Of a DNA stretch of 64,000 bases, positions 12,610 to 25,938 are shown in pieces. This DNA comes from Azolla caroliniana (lineage: Eukaryota > Plantae > Polypodiophyta): the NCBI GenBank assembly GCA_043228905.1, contig JBHGNT010000001.1:34100001-34164000 (forward strand), given 5' to 3'. Below the pieces are notes generated by a model. It worked only from the letters and a program-made list of their open reading frames with translations, made no database searches and had not been told where the DNA came from. A program made the position numbers and the translations under genes. Every line of letters begins with the position of its first letter. Position 1 is the first letter of the stretch.

Positions 12610-15600
12610 TCTTCCATTTTATTAAAGACAATTTGACATCTCTTTCTATTTTCAGGAAATGTAGCTTCGTAACTCTGCTTTTCAGCGGCAACACCGAGTT
12701 GGCTCGAGTCAATCGGGGAGCTGATCAGAAGGCTGTAACTATTTTTGCAAGTTATGGTGGCCAAAAAGAGAACTATGAGATATATGATCTTATTATCCAT
12801 GGTTTTAACCAAAAGGAAGGATCTGGTTTCCAATCAAAGGTTGGAGATGAGGTAGAATTGTGTTTTCGGGATTTGCATTTTTTTAGAATATGGAGGATGT
12901 ACTGGATAAGTACATGTACAGTCAGTTCTAGCATGGGGAGGCATCGAGGTTTTGAATCCAGATTTTTATGTCTATTTTTTCTTTTTCTTTTTTCTTCTTC
13001 TAGTTTTTCACTGTCTCCCAACAAGCTTTGATGATTTGTACACACCGAACTAAGGTCACCAAATAGGTGGTTGTGTTCAAAATATGAGCTAACAAAGGAT
13101 GGATCCATTTTGGAATTCTTTCGAAAGACCTTATTGGGGGGTGGTGGGTGGTGGGTATGTAAATCCAATTATCCGTACTAGTGCTAGGAATGTATTTAAT
13201 TTATAATAGAAATGCTATCATACATTTGAGGTAAATGTAAGCAAAATTCGAACACTTCTCCATTCATTTGAGATTTAGTCTCAAGTCATCTCTATTCACG
13301 AGATGAAGATAGACTTGGAATACTCTTTTTTTTAACTTGAGAATATTCATGAAGTCTCTGGGGAATTTGTACGTTTGCGTGGTAGTATTGTGAACTACAG
13401 TATAATCCCTTTATTGGGGCTCAAGTTTTGAATAAACAAATGTATTGATCGACTTAGTTTTTTATTTATGAGTATATTCCACTGTAAGCATATTGCGAGT
13501 ATTCATAAAAATCTCTCTACCATTTTGTACCTATTTATAGATATTGTGGAATCTAATAAAGCATGATGCAAATTGCATAAATTGTTTGAGAATTAGCATT
13601 GTCATTCCCACAGGCATTTACTATTACTTGTTTAATGCACTGGAGTGTGGGTGTTTGGCTATCCAAGGTCAAGAGGCCATTGCATTAGGTCTAATCTTGG
13701 GAATCAGAGCAATGTATGCATGAAGAACCTTTGAATAAGGTGTCCAAGTGTAATTTTTTTGGATATATGTATGGAATTGGTTAGGTGGTTTGAAGGCAGG
13801 AATGCTGATAAGCTCTGAATTATTGAGCTACTTACTGTTGTCTTTCATGTGGTTGACATTTATGGATATAGGGAGATATTGTTGGATGTATGAATGGTTA
13901 GTTATTATACATTCTAGTTTCCTATAGGAATGTGGGTGGGCCCAATAAGTAAATTTGACAATATTTATAGCTATACCATCCAAGAGTGACACAATGACAC
14001 ATATGTCCTAATGTGGAGAATCACAATGACATACAATTTTATAGTTACATCATCCAAAAGTGACATTTTGTGATTGCTACAATGACCTTAGAACAAGTTC
14101 AAATGATAATAAAACATTGACATACACTAGCTAAAATGATCTCACAACACTAATACCCTTCATTTATTTTGCTATAATGTCTGTGAATGGGCCAAGAACC
14201 ATAAGTTGGTAGGCATTAATCATAAAATGCCAAGCTAATTAGATATTGATAATGACAAAGAAAGAAACTAATATAGGTGAGGGTTTGGGTGAAAACATGG
14301 TGTGAAGAGTTAAAGTCGGGTATGTTGAATGACCAACTTTGTGTACAAAGGTTTAGAAATTATAGATGAAGACAAAGAATATTTGAGCAAATCCAAAACC
14401 GACATTCCAAAAAACTTGATGTAGTAACGTTACATTTGTGGCCTCACCATGACCACCACAATGTCAAATTGGGATGGGGATCTAGTATGTGGGGTCTTAT
14501 GTCTCTTGAAACGAGGCAACTACAATTGAAAGTTAGGTTTTTAAATAAATAAATAAATAAATAAATAACTTGCTTTATTTGAGATGGATATATATACATA
14601 CATAAGACCTCAAGTATGCAAAATCTCCTTATTTAGTTTATGGTATAGTCACAAATATTCTTACATGTATATCTAGTTACTACTACTAATAGTAACTAGT
14701 CACTAAATGTCTCTTATATTAGTTTCACCCCTTTGTTTGTATGAGCATATACTTGCAAGTGTCATGTCTTTATTCGAGATTTAGTATCTTGGCAACTAGA
14801 CTACTAAGGTCCCATTAGCCAATTGGCACCCAAACCTTTTTATAGGAAAAATTATTATAAGAGCTGATACCAATGATGTGATGTGGGATGACCCAAATAA
14901 GCATCAATATTTTGTGGCATCATATGATAGGAGAACCATTGGCTCATCACGTCATTTAATAACTAGTCAAGAGAAGATTAAACCAACAATAAAATCCATA
15001 GAAATAATTCTGGAGTGTGTTGTACCAAAAACTAAAGTTAATGGAGATACTTTCCCACTTATAGCATGTATATGTATATAGGCTAATCTCCTAGATGCTA
15101 GAAAAGTCCATAGTGCAACACTAAGAGGCATTCAAGCGTGCGTAGGAGGTGGTGCAGGCTTTCAATGAGGATACCTTGGGGTATGAATCAACATTCTTAC
15201 AACACGCATGTGTAGTATAAGATTTTCAACCACCAAATCCATCGAACTTCATGGCTCTCAAGCTACCCTAATGGCTAGGCTTCAATGTTGCTATTAAGTC
15301 CATATGGGATTGAATGACCCCAATAGTACCCATATTTTGTCATGAACGAGGAACAAGTTCAAAAAATTTCTTGGTACCAACACTAGTAATCACCAAAAAA
15401 AATATCAATGCGAAATTCAAGTGATCTCATGAGCTTCAAAGCTTGATTCGCTAATTACGATCATATATATTTGAAAGTGGGACATTATATGTGATTGTGA
15501 GACTTAGGAGCTTAATGTTCAAAAAACTTCACTTCTATTCGATCAAAGCTTAATTGATTGATTAATCAATGGCATTGAAAAGTAGTGAAAATTGATTGAT

Positions 15601-17536
15601 GATTAGAATGATCAAGTTCGTGTATAATCCTACCTCTATTGATCCTTTAAGCATGACATGTTATTTTTCTTAATTATAGTGAGTAGGCACTTCCACTTTG
15701 ACTAAGCATACCTATATTAGTGCATTGAATTTGACCAAGTATGTATGTATATACAATATTGGAGCCTTGACTTTGGCTAAGCATCTCTAGTTTTTGATGA
15801 GATGCTAAATAGTAAAACTATACCTCAGTGCAATTTTCTTCTTCATATCATTTCAAGTTCTAGGTCCTAATGGTAAAAAATGTCATGCCAACAACGTGTA
15901 TCTGGACGCAAATACTAATACTATGTCATAAGTTGGAATTAAATTCATTCCTCTTTGCACGTTAATGTCATGCATTTCTCCAAACGAGAGCCTTCCAATG
16001 ATCTACACTCACAACTAAACAAAGCAATACCATAAAGAGAACTTCACATCTGAGTGGGGCTCTTAAGTGTTTGATCATCTAAATTCATTGGACGCTATCC
16101 CATCATTATGTGACACAAATATTGAACATGTCACAAATACATCCCAATTTGTTAATATTCAGATTCAATTTAATGGAACGAATGATAAATACTCTTGAAC
16201 ATTTTCTAATAAATAACTTTACTAAAACATTTGAGAAAAAGAAATTCTTAGGGAAAAACCTTGACTTTTTGTTTGCACATCAACAACATAACCTCAATGC
16301 ATTGGGATTCATATATAGAGAGATGTACATGGAATTACATTTTACATATCTTGAGATGTCCAACGCTTGGACTATCTTGACACTAAGAAGCATATGACAA
16401 CTAGGGACAAAAGCCTTATCCTTGATGAAGTAAAAAGTCAATGATTTCAATGGTGAAATTCTTCTACTATATAATTTGTTGATTCATAATAATGCAAGAG
16501 GAAAGCATCCATACATTACTCTTGATGCTCTTATTATGAATAATAGAGAATAATATAAATAAGTTTGAGGATCTAACTTGTATAACTTTTGCGAGATGGG
16601 GGGGTTTTGTGCTATTGGGACACCCCTCATGTGAATGAGATATCGTTGCCCATTAATGGTGTAAGCTATGAAGGTGATTGCATCATTGTTGGACAAGCAC
16701 TCATGAAAGAGCACATAATAAATATGTGGGACGATAGATGAGCTGATGATCGATCACAAAAGATTAGCCTAGAGTCAAGTGACACTAAAGTCGAAGGTCA
16801 ATGGTTGACCCTTCGGATGAAAAGAGACGCGAGAGGTAATTGAGCCAATTGTTATTTTCCGCTAGCTGATTGTCGAGTTGATCAACCTATCAAGAATTGG
16901 GACAATGCATGGAGGATAAGAATGAAGATGAGGGTGAAGGACAAATCAAAAGGAGCAAATAAAGAGTGAGAGAAGACCAATGGGCGTGTAGAAATATAGA
17001 TCTAGATAAAGATAAAATTGACATGTACCCATGGCCTAACAAACACCGCACATGATGACATGTTATATGAGTTGTGGAATCGAGTTCTATACTACAAAGT
17101 TGTTCTAGGCCTTATTTACCCCGTGAGCCATCCATTGGCTAATTTGGTGGTTGAACAGGCAACCTTGAGCTGGACAAAGCCAGATTGTCATCAACAACAT
17201 TTTAAGTTACCAAATCACGGAAACATCATCTATAGAATAGTAGTAGTTACGATTGCGAGGGCGTGATATTACTAGAATCTAGCCACGGGTAATAGTTATA
17301 GTTACTAAAGTGTTGTAACATCATCTACCATGGAACCACTCTTGTGGTAGCAACAACTTCTCTTCCTTAGCAAACTTTGGGAGCTTTGTTTCACCATGAC
17401 CAAGAAGATAGCAATGTGTTCATGGCAAACCAACAATGCAATTCAGGTGCTATCTCTATCTATGTTAGTTATTTCGGTTACTCTCTGTCCAAATCTCACA
17501 TCCCGTGGCTGCCTGTCTGCCAAGTAACTCTGTGCG

Positions 17537-20500
17537 ATGAGCCTTAACTTGAGCCCGACCCATAGCGATGATGATGATGATGATGATGATGAGGACGAAG
17601 ATGGTGAGGTTAATTCCTCTCATGACATAACCCTAAACCTTGAGAATGAACATGATGGTAGTACAACCAACACTCGTCACAGTTCTCTTGAGGCAGAAGC
17701 CAGCCATGTCTCTGGCATGCCCCATCACAGAAGAGAGGTTCGTATGCTCTCCATCAAACAACAAACCTAGCTCTTAATGTATATTTCTATGCTTCTTGTG
17801 TTTATTTTTATCAAAGGAAAAACACTAGTACATGAACATTTCTGGGTTTCTGAATCTATATTCTCTAAGAAAAATGTAGTTTTTTAAGAGATTTGCATTC
17901 AACTATGTTCCTCTATGAAAAGTTCTTCGTAGAATCATTTTATTTTGTAAAACAAACCAAAAACACAATTAATCTCATGGAATTTTGGTATGGACGATGC
18001 ATGTACAGGCTCTCTCGACGTATGTTATTCTTCAATTGGCGTACCAAAGCATTGGAGTTGTATATGGAGACGTGGGTACATCACCATTATATGTATTTGC
18101 AAGCACTTTCCCAGATGGTCTCCACCCGACAAGATACCAAACAGAGATTCTTGGATCTCTGTCTCTTATCATTTATACCCTAACTTTGATTCCTCTCATC
18201 AAATACATATGTGTGGTTCTATGGGCAAACGATAATGGAGATGGTATATACTCTGTTATCTTATGTAAATTTCCTTCACGAGAATTTCATAGTATTAAAG
18301 TTTTTTATGTGATTTCTAGGTGGGACGTTTGCACTATATTCGTTGATATGCCGTAGTGCAAATGTTAGTCTCCTACCGAATCAACAAATAGAAGATAGAG
18401 ACCTTTCGTTTTATAAACTCAAGATGCCTAGTCGGCAGTTGAAGAGAGCCATGAAGTTAAAGAATGCATTGGAGAAAAGCCATGGTGCAAAAACGGGTCT
18501 CCTTTTCATGGCTCTGTTGGGTACATGCATGGTTATTGGTGATGGCGTGCTTACACCGGCAATCTCAGGTTCAAGCTACATATACAAAATTTAATGACTG
18601 TGTTTTTCTACAGTTATAATAATAATAGCAATGCAAACTTATTGCATGTATTCTTAGGGGTTCTCACTAATGCAGGCCTCACAGCTTTCTGCAGTGCTTT
18701 CTGCAGTTTCAGGAATTCAGGCGGCCATATCTAGCCTACATCAAGGTAAGAATTTTGAATAAATTTTGCAAATAAGATGTGTTACCTAGAAGTTGGTTCC
18801 AAACAATTAATTTGGATTTTGCTATTAACACTTACGGTTTTGGATATCTCATCCTGCAGATGTTGTTGTCATAGTATCAATCCTCATCCTCATAGGATTG
18901 TTCTCAGTGCAAAGGTTTGGAACATCCAAAGTGGGAATTGTGTTTGCTCCTGTGGTTCTAACATGGTTCATCGCCATAGGCTCGATAGGTCTTTTTAACA
19001 TCTTCAAATACGACCACACGATATTTAAGGCATTCAACCCGATGTGTATCTATGACTATTTCCAGGGGAACTTGAGGAAGGGGTGGATCTCACTTGGAGG
19101 GATTGTGCTTTGCATAACAGGTCTCTATCAAGTCATCTAACTTTTGCTGGATGTAACTAACCGACACAATAAATTTATAGTAAACTTTTCTTTTCTGAAT
19201 TGTTTTGATGGTTGGTTTTTTGAGTGTAAACATGGGCAGCATATATTTGCATCTCAAAATTTGATGTTTGCTTCATTTTGATTGCAGGTGTAGAAGCCAT
19301 GTTTGCTGATCTTGGTCATTTTTCTGTTCCATCAATACAAGTAATAAAAAGAAAATCAATCTACACAGAAAAGGCCTTTCATTTTTTGGTTTAGGTTGTA
19401 AAAGATTCTTTCTATTGTTTTGTTGAATGCAGATTGCTTTTGGGTTTGTTGTTTACCCTTGTTGTCTTTTAGCTTATCTCGGACAAGCAGCATACCTTAT
19501 GAAGTGTCCTGAAGACGTCACTAATACATTTTACAGGTCCATCCCAGGTGGTTCATCATCATCATCATCATATCTTCACTACATCAATCTGATCTGTTAG
19601 ATGATTTACGAAGCTGGCATTCACACATGATCTTTTTCTTTTCTTTTCTCAGAACCTTTGTATTGGCCGATATTTGCTGTAGCAATAGCGGCTGCGGTTA
19701 TAGCTAGCCAAGCGATGGTGTCGGCCACGTTCTCGATTGTGAAGCAATCGATGGATCTGAGCTGTTTTCCAACAGTAAAAGTTGTTCATACATCAAGTAA
19801 AGTTGTAGGACAAGTGTATGTTCCCGAAGTGAACTGGGTGCTGATGATAGCTGCGATCGTAGTGACAGCAGCGTTCCAATCAACAAATAAGCTAGGGAAT
19901 GCATATGGTATGACATGTTTGCATCTATAGTTATATAATATGTTTGCACGTACCTATATCTGTATGATGCAGTTGCATCTTTTAATGTTAAGTTAAAGAT
20001 GGCATTTTTTGTAAATAGCAGCCGGGAAAATGCTAACTTTCCTCTTATTCAGGTATTGCCGTTGTTGGCGTGATGATTGTTACAACAAGCTTTATCACAC
20101 TGATCATGATCATGATTTGGCAAACCCCGTTGCCAGCGATCCTTGCCTTCTTGATGGTGTTTGGTTTCATAGACATGGTCTACTTCAGCTCCGTCTTGTT
20201 TAAATTTGTCCAGGGTGGATACCTACCATTAGCATTCTCGGTCGGGCTTCTATTCATCATGTATACATGGCACTATGGTGCCACATGGCGGCACAACTAT
20301 GAGTTGCAGCACCAGGTGTCGGAATCCGATGTGCAAGACCTCGTACGATGGACGGCCCGGATTGACGGGATTTCCTTGCTATATACCGAGCTGGCAAGTG
20401 GGATACCGTGCATCTTCTCTCACTCCGTGAAGAACCTCCCTGCCTTACATGCCGTTGTGGTTTTCGTGTGTGTGAAGTTCCTTCCCGTGACGACTGTTAT

Positions 20501-21011
20501 GGACAAGGAGCGGTTTCTCTTCTGTCGTGTTGGTCAAAGGGATATCCACATGTTCCGATGTGTGGCCAGGTATGGATACAAGGAAGTGCGCCAAGATAGT
20601 GATCACTTTGAGCTAGAGCTTCTACAAAATCTCGAAGAGTTTATCACTCAAGAAGTAGAGGAGTCACTAGGCGGACAAAGTGAAATGTGTAGGACAAACA
20701 CTAAGATTGTATTTGACAATGCTAGCCACGACATAATATCAACTTCTTTACATGACATGGGGGATGGTAGCCATATCTTGATGCAAGAATCCATGGAGGA
20801 GATAGCTTTCTTGAGAAGATGCAAGGCTGCAGGTGTTGTCTACTTGCTCGGGAACTCAGAGGTCAAAGCGAGAGAAGGTGCATCCGGTGTGAAGAAGGTG
20901 GTGGTGGACTACGTCTATGACATGTTGAGACGGAATTGTAGGAGACCTAGTGTGGCACTAATAATACCACATGAGAGGTTACTTGAAGTAGGCATGGTTT
21001 ATGATGTCTAA
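17537..21011 (+). CDS. HAK: KUP/HAK/KT potassium transporter, HAK5-like; exons 17537-17737, 18009-18243, 18320-18568, 18695-18745, 18860-19120, 19288-19340, 19433-19547, 19653-19907, 20053-21011
   Basis: [88 protein letters not shown] and the C-terminus [10 protein letters not shown]. The N-terminus carries poly-Asp from a (GAT)n repeat. Confidence 0.97.
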
Positions 21012-22696
21012 TACAAACTTCGTCTCACTCTTGAGTCATCAAGCTCCAAAGTCCTAGCTCATGAAAAATCGATTTGCTTTAAAAAAATTATAAAAAAAAA
21101 GGCATTAAAGTAAATTGCTCAAGAGAGACAGAGTAACAACATGTTTATGGTCAAGAATGTTACTAAACTTGGCTTTCCAAAGATATAGGTTCTTGATCGA
21201 ATGCCTTCACTACCATAGAAGCTAACTTCCATTTCTTGAAAACTATTGATTATAACAACATAATCTAATGTTCCCTCAAATAGGAATAAAAAACAATAAA
21301 AATATATTCGATTTTGATTGAAATAGAGATGCGTAAACATTGGGATCTTGACCCTATGTTGTATTCAACATGGATCTCAACAAGAGATTGTTCTAGCCTT
21401 CTTAGCCCTATACTAGTCCTTGCATAGGCCCGATGATCTTGATCCTACATTCTATTCAACATGGATTTCAACCTTTGCAGCCTTATCTTAATAATACATG
21501 AATGATATTAGGAACTTCTCAAGGGTCGAGATTGTAAATAATTGTAATGGCTCGGTCAAGAATCATGTATCAAACACAAACTAATAACCCTATCTAATGA
21601 AGTCACTCTTGAGTATGCGTCGTTCTACACTCAAGGAAGAGTCTAATGTGGATTTATCACTACTTCATGCAATTATTACTCCTCAAACTTGTACACTTTT
21701 AGAATGGGCAATGTGAATCTTCAATTATCAATACACATTGTCACAACCTCAATGTCATTTGTAACATTGAACCTTTGGCTTCAAAACTCAAGTTCCTAAC
21801 ATGCAAGTGTATGGTATTGAAAAACATGTGTGCATTATCCCACAAGCACTTACATTTTTGTTTCCTAAGAATTCATTGCCATAAATATTTGGACTTATGT
21901 TAATGACTACAAACTTTTTAAATCAAAATAGTCTTGATTCTTGTAGGTTACACTCCAAGACATCCAATGCCCTAGTTATGGTTGATTCTCCAACATGCAA
22001 CCTCTTTAGCATATCATAATGTTACATACTAATGGACATGTATCTTTTTGTATTACGCTTAGTTACACATGGGTTAAGCTAACATGCAAGTTGCATGCCA
22101 AGAGAAGGATAAACTTCAATTCCTTTTCCTCCTCAAGCAACAAGGTGTTGGCTGAGTGAGACACTCATGTGGTTTGGCCCTCCAAATTGACAACATTGAT
22201 TGAACTTGATGAACAAAAAGCGAGTGAAATATTGAAGGATTCATTTTTCTTCCGTTCGCCTTGCATGCAAGACTTGGACGACTATCGACAATGGTGCTAG
22301 GAGTGACTGTGGGACCAACCACTCCATGTCGTCCGTCGTGCATCAACATGAGACTAGTGTCTTGCACGATTAAATGGAAAGGCAACGAGAATGAGGGGAT
22401 GTTGCATTGACAAATGCCAACATAGTTAGGACATATCACACGGAAGTCTTTGTTAGTTTGGAGATGTGGGGGGATCCTAGCGAAGGCGGTGGGTAGAATG
22501 TGGCGAACCAGCGAGAGCACAACAGGGTCAAGCCAAACGTAGGTATCTTGAAAAGGAATAAATATCATCGTTGGAGAACATGTCAGGGCATATGACCATG
22601 TTAGATTCTCTGGGTACCTGGAGACCGATCCCATTTCTCGACAGGCTGCATGAAAAGGACATGCGGGAGCGGGGTTCCGACACATACATGTGGGAA

Positions 22697-22720
22697 GAGA
22701 GAGAGAGAGAGAGAGAGAGA
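22697..22720. repeat. (GA)n microsatellite
   Basis: Direct inspection. Confidence 0.9.
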
Positions 22721-22903
22721 TGGGTTATGGAACACGAGGAATAATAAAAGAAGAAGAAGAAGCTTGACCATGGCAAGCAAAGGAATACCTCATTAGAGGA
22801 GCTTTCACATTTTTCAGCAATTTGCGCCCAGAGGAGGAGCATCCATCCATCCCTGTCTCTGCGCTCGTGTAGTAGAAAGCAAAAACTCCCTTAGGGTTTG
22901 GCT

Positions 22904-23566
22904 ATGGCGCCAGCATCAGAAGAAGCACCTGTGTTCGATCCTCCTCAACCCACCCCTGCCCCTGCCCTTGCCCTTGCTCCTGCGCCAGCTCCAGCCTCAG
23001 ATTCCATTGCTCCTTCTTCTTCCAAGAGGAGATGGAGCCCCTGTACCTGGCGTTATGCCATTGAAGAAGGTCAACCAGAGCTCGGATCCAGACCCCGCAG
23101 TGGTAGCCATAGCCAGCTCTTATACTCAGCTACTGTGTCTTCGACTAGAAAAGGTGATCATGAAAGCTTCAAGGTTAACAAGAAGGTTCATCACAGTCAT
23201 CATCATCATCAACAACAACAACAACATTATCATCGTCATCAGCCTAAAGAAGCTCTCAAAAAGAGGCCTAAACTCGAAGAAGAGGGCACTGATGATGAAT
23301 GTAATGATGAGAAAGAAGGAGGAGAAAGGAATCACCTTTATCGTGAAGACGATGAAGGGGATGACGAAAAGGAAGAAGAGTTATCAAGAGATAGGATTGA
23401 ATATAGCTACGGCAATGAGAATTCTAAGAGAAGAAGACAAACGAGAGAAATGAGTCCTAGCGAGATTTATTTCTGTGAGGTTTGCTCAGCCAAGGCAAAA
23501 GCATCTGCATCGGGACTGAGGCTTAGCAGAAGCAAGAGAAGCCCATCTCATGTACCAGAATCATGA
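22904..23566 (+). CDS. Hypothetical low-complexity, probably nuclear protein (~220 aa)
   Basis: ATG in good context (GCTATGGC) just after a telo-box-like TTAGGGTTT. Pro/Ala-rich N-terminus, His/Gln tract, acidic tract, basic clusters KKRPK and KRRR, and one CxxC (FCEVC). No family recognised; it may be spliced at ~23480. Confidence 0.55.
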   Translation: MAPASEEAPVFDPPQPTPAPALALAPAPAPASDSIAPSSSKRRWSPCTWRYAIEEGQPELGSRPRSGSHSQLLYSATVSSTRKGDHESFKVNKKVHHSHHHHQQQQQHYHRHQPKEALKKRPKLEEEGTDDECNDEKEGGERNHLYREDDEGDDEKEEELSRDRIEYSYGNENSKRRRQTREMSPSEIYFCEVCSAKAKASASGLRLSRSKRSPSHVPES

Positions 23567-24045
23567 AGACCATGGGATCACAACGTCCATGGACTGAAAT
23601 TGAATCATGATTTACTAGATTCAAGGTGTTCCTGGAATCTATCAAATTTGCATTGTCCATGAAGGCTCTCAGATTCTGGAGGTCAGTGGAAGTTATGGGA
23701 TTTACAAGTTCAATGGAATCTATCAGATTTGCGAGTTCTGTAGAGTCAATTGGATTCATGAAGTCTGTGGAGTCCATTAGGTTCACAAAGTCCATGGATT
23801 CTATCAGATTAGCGAGGTTGTGTTGGCTCTTTGACTATTCCAAAATTCTCACATGTAAATCATTTTGCTTCCATTTTGCTGACCGTTTGCTGGCAATCCT
23901 CTAAAGGTCCTGAGTATTTATTGTCAGGGGAAGTTCTGCCCTTAAGATGATTAATGTACAGATTCACTAAGTCCTCAGAATGTACAGGTAGATTACATGA
24001 CGTCCTTGTAATCCACCAGATTCTACAAGTTCAATTCATGATCAC
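23560..24045. repeat. Degenerate 27-bp minisatellite (consensus ~AGATTCACAAAGTCCATGGAATCTATC)
   Basis: 9-residue periodicity in translations of both strands (MESIRFASS/VESIGFMKS/VESIRFTKS; NLMDSTDFM/NPIDSTELA/NLIDSIELV). Further units at ~23960-24040. Confidence 0.75.
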
Positions 24046-25938
24046 CACCTGAAGGTTATGGAGGTTAAATGCATTTTGGCACATCGTTTTTTGGCAATGC
24101 TGCAAAGGTCCCAATGTAATTAAATTCATCTAAGCTCTCAGTCTGCATTTCTGCCTATAAGTGGGTTAACTACATTTTTTGGTCATGTTCTCTCCATATA
24201 TTATTATTATTATTATTATATAGCTATGAATGGACGATATGGTAGATGTAAGGAGTGTATAGCAAGTGTGAATTAGTCATACCCCTGTTTTTCAAATATA
24301 AAACATCACACCCCTTGATGTTAGTGTAAAAGTACTCAACGCTTAAGCCTTCTAGCAATCTTCACCTTAACATATTGTATGAAGAATTTGAAAGGTTCAT
24401 CTCATATTCGTACTACCTATTACTAGCTAGAGCAAAAAAAATCTTTGAAATGTATTTCAAATTTTTGTATGGTGACCCAAAATAAGTCCACATCTAAATG
24501 TTGGGCTGTGATTAGCTCCCGCTCCATTAGACTATCATTTCTAGCCTGTATCTAAAGAATTGATACCTCTTTGTTGGAGTTAATTTGGAAGCATGGATTC
24601 AATTGGCAAAAGTCATTATCTTAACAAAAAGCTCAAACTTGGCAATTTTGAAGGTTCATGGGTGTTATGGTAGGCATCATGAAATGCTTTTTAGCAAATG
24701 GCCTCCTTTCTATGTTCACTAATGTTGATAGGCAAATGCTCTATTATTAAATGGTTTCTTTAGATGTTTTAACAGTTCAATTTCTCCTTGAATATCTTTC
24801 TCAGTATAATTGGTTACAAGGTCAGTGCAGATTGAGAGTACATAAGATCATGGTGGTTGGAATCAAGATCCTTCAAAAGCAACGCCGTTTTGCTTTACTT
24901 GAAGTAAATTCCAAACAAACAATTTTCATGATGCCACCAGCATTTACCTTCTTTTGAATGGTGGAAAAGGTTACACATCAATACCATCTTTCTTCAAAGA
25001 ATGAAACAAACTGCCATTAATGCAAACATATGTAGTTCCATAAGTTGCATTTGACATGCAGATACTAGGATCCATATTGTTGCATTTATGAAATCAATAC
25101 AAAATCTATAAGCATCACAATTTGGGCCCAGTTCAAATTTGCACACCATTGTTGTAAACAAATAAGGCCCTCAATTTCCTGGTATGAAGTACAGAGATGG
25201 AACAAGACAAATCAATAGAGGCAGGTGAAGAAATGGACCGGTTTTATTTATTATTATGAATTGGAGGGATATTTCTTCTTCAAAATTTACCTCTTCATAA
25301 CCTGTTAGATAGCATATGGATTAGTTTTACAAAAAGTATCTTGGGAATGATGAAGAGCCAGATTTCCTCTCCTTTACCAAATAAGATTTCGAGAATCTAA
25401 ATACCTTTCCCTGTGATAAACATTCGAGATAGCTCTACATATTTGTGAGCCTTATCATATAAGTCGAAGTTAACCTATGATTCATTCCAAGGCAATCAAA
25501 CTTTGATCCATATGTCAACAACTAGGATTAACGAAATCAAGGTACTGATTCTTTTATAATAAAACTATATGCCAACTGACCGTTAAGCATAGAAGGGGTA
25601 AAATCAGCACCCACATTGTTCTGTATATTGGAAGAAAAAACTTCTCCAAAGGTCATCACGCTTATGGGCTTTAACTGCAAGGTTCACCAAATTGGTCTAC
25701 CCATACATCCCAAAACGTTGAAGTTTTAGGGATATCTATTCTAGTCTTTCCAATTTGATGCAATATCACAATGTGCTCAACCTTAGAATATACCCTTAGT
25801 ACCAACTTGGACATCCTTTTATTTAAGCTCCCCAGGTTCTTCTCAACATGATCATAGCCTCAGGTGCAATGACTCAGAACCAATAGGTGCAATGCCTCAG
25901 AGGCTGAACAGTTTTACACTTTGAATGAAGATTCTGCA

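Noticed and set aside
14861-14872. tRNA-Met PBS-like TGGTATCAG (minus strand); similar cores at ~1603, ~35152 and ~35849
   Set aside because: Only 8-9 nt matches, with no paired LTRs or recognisable gag-pol; at most old LTR debris.
22116-22685. 189-aa minus-strand ORF
   Set aside because: Non-ATG start, no recognisable domain or splice structure; likely chance or TE-derived.
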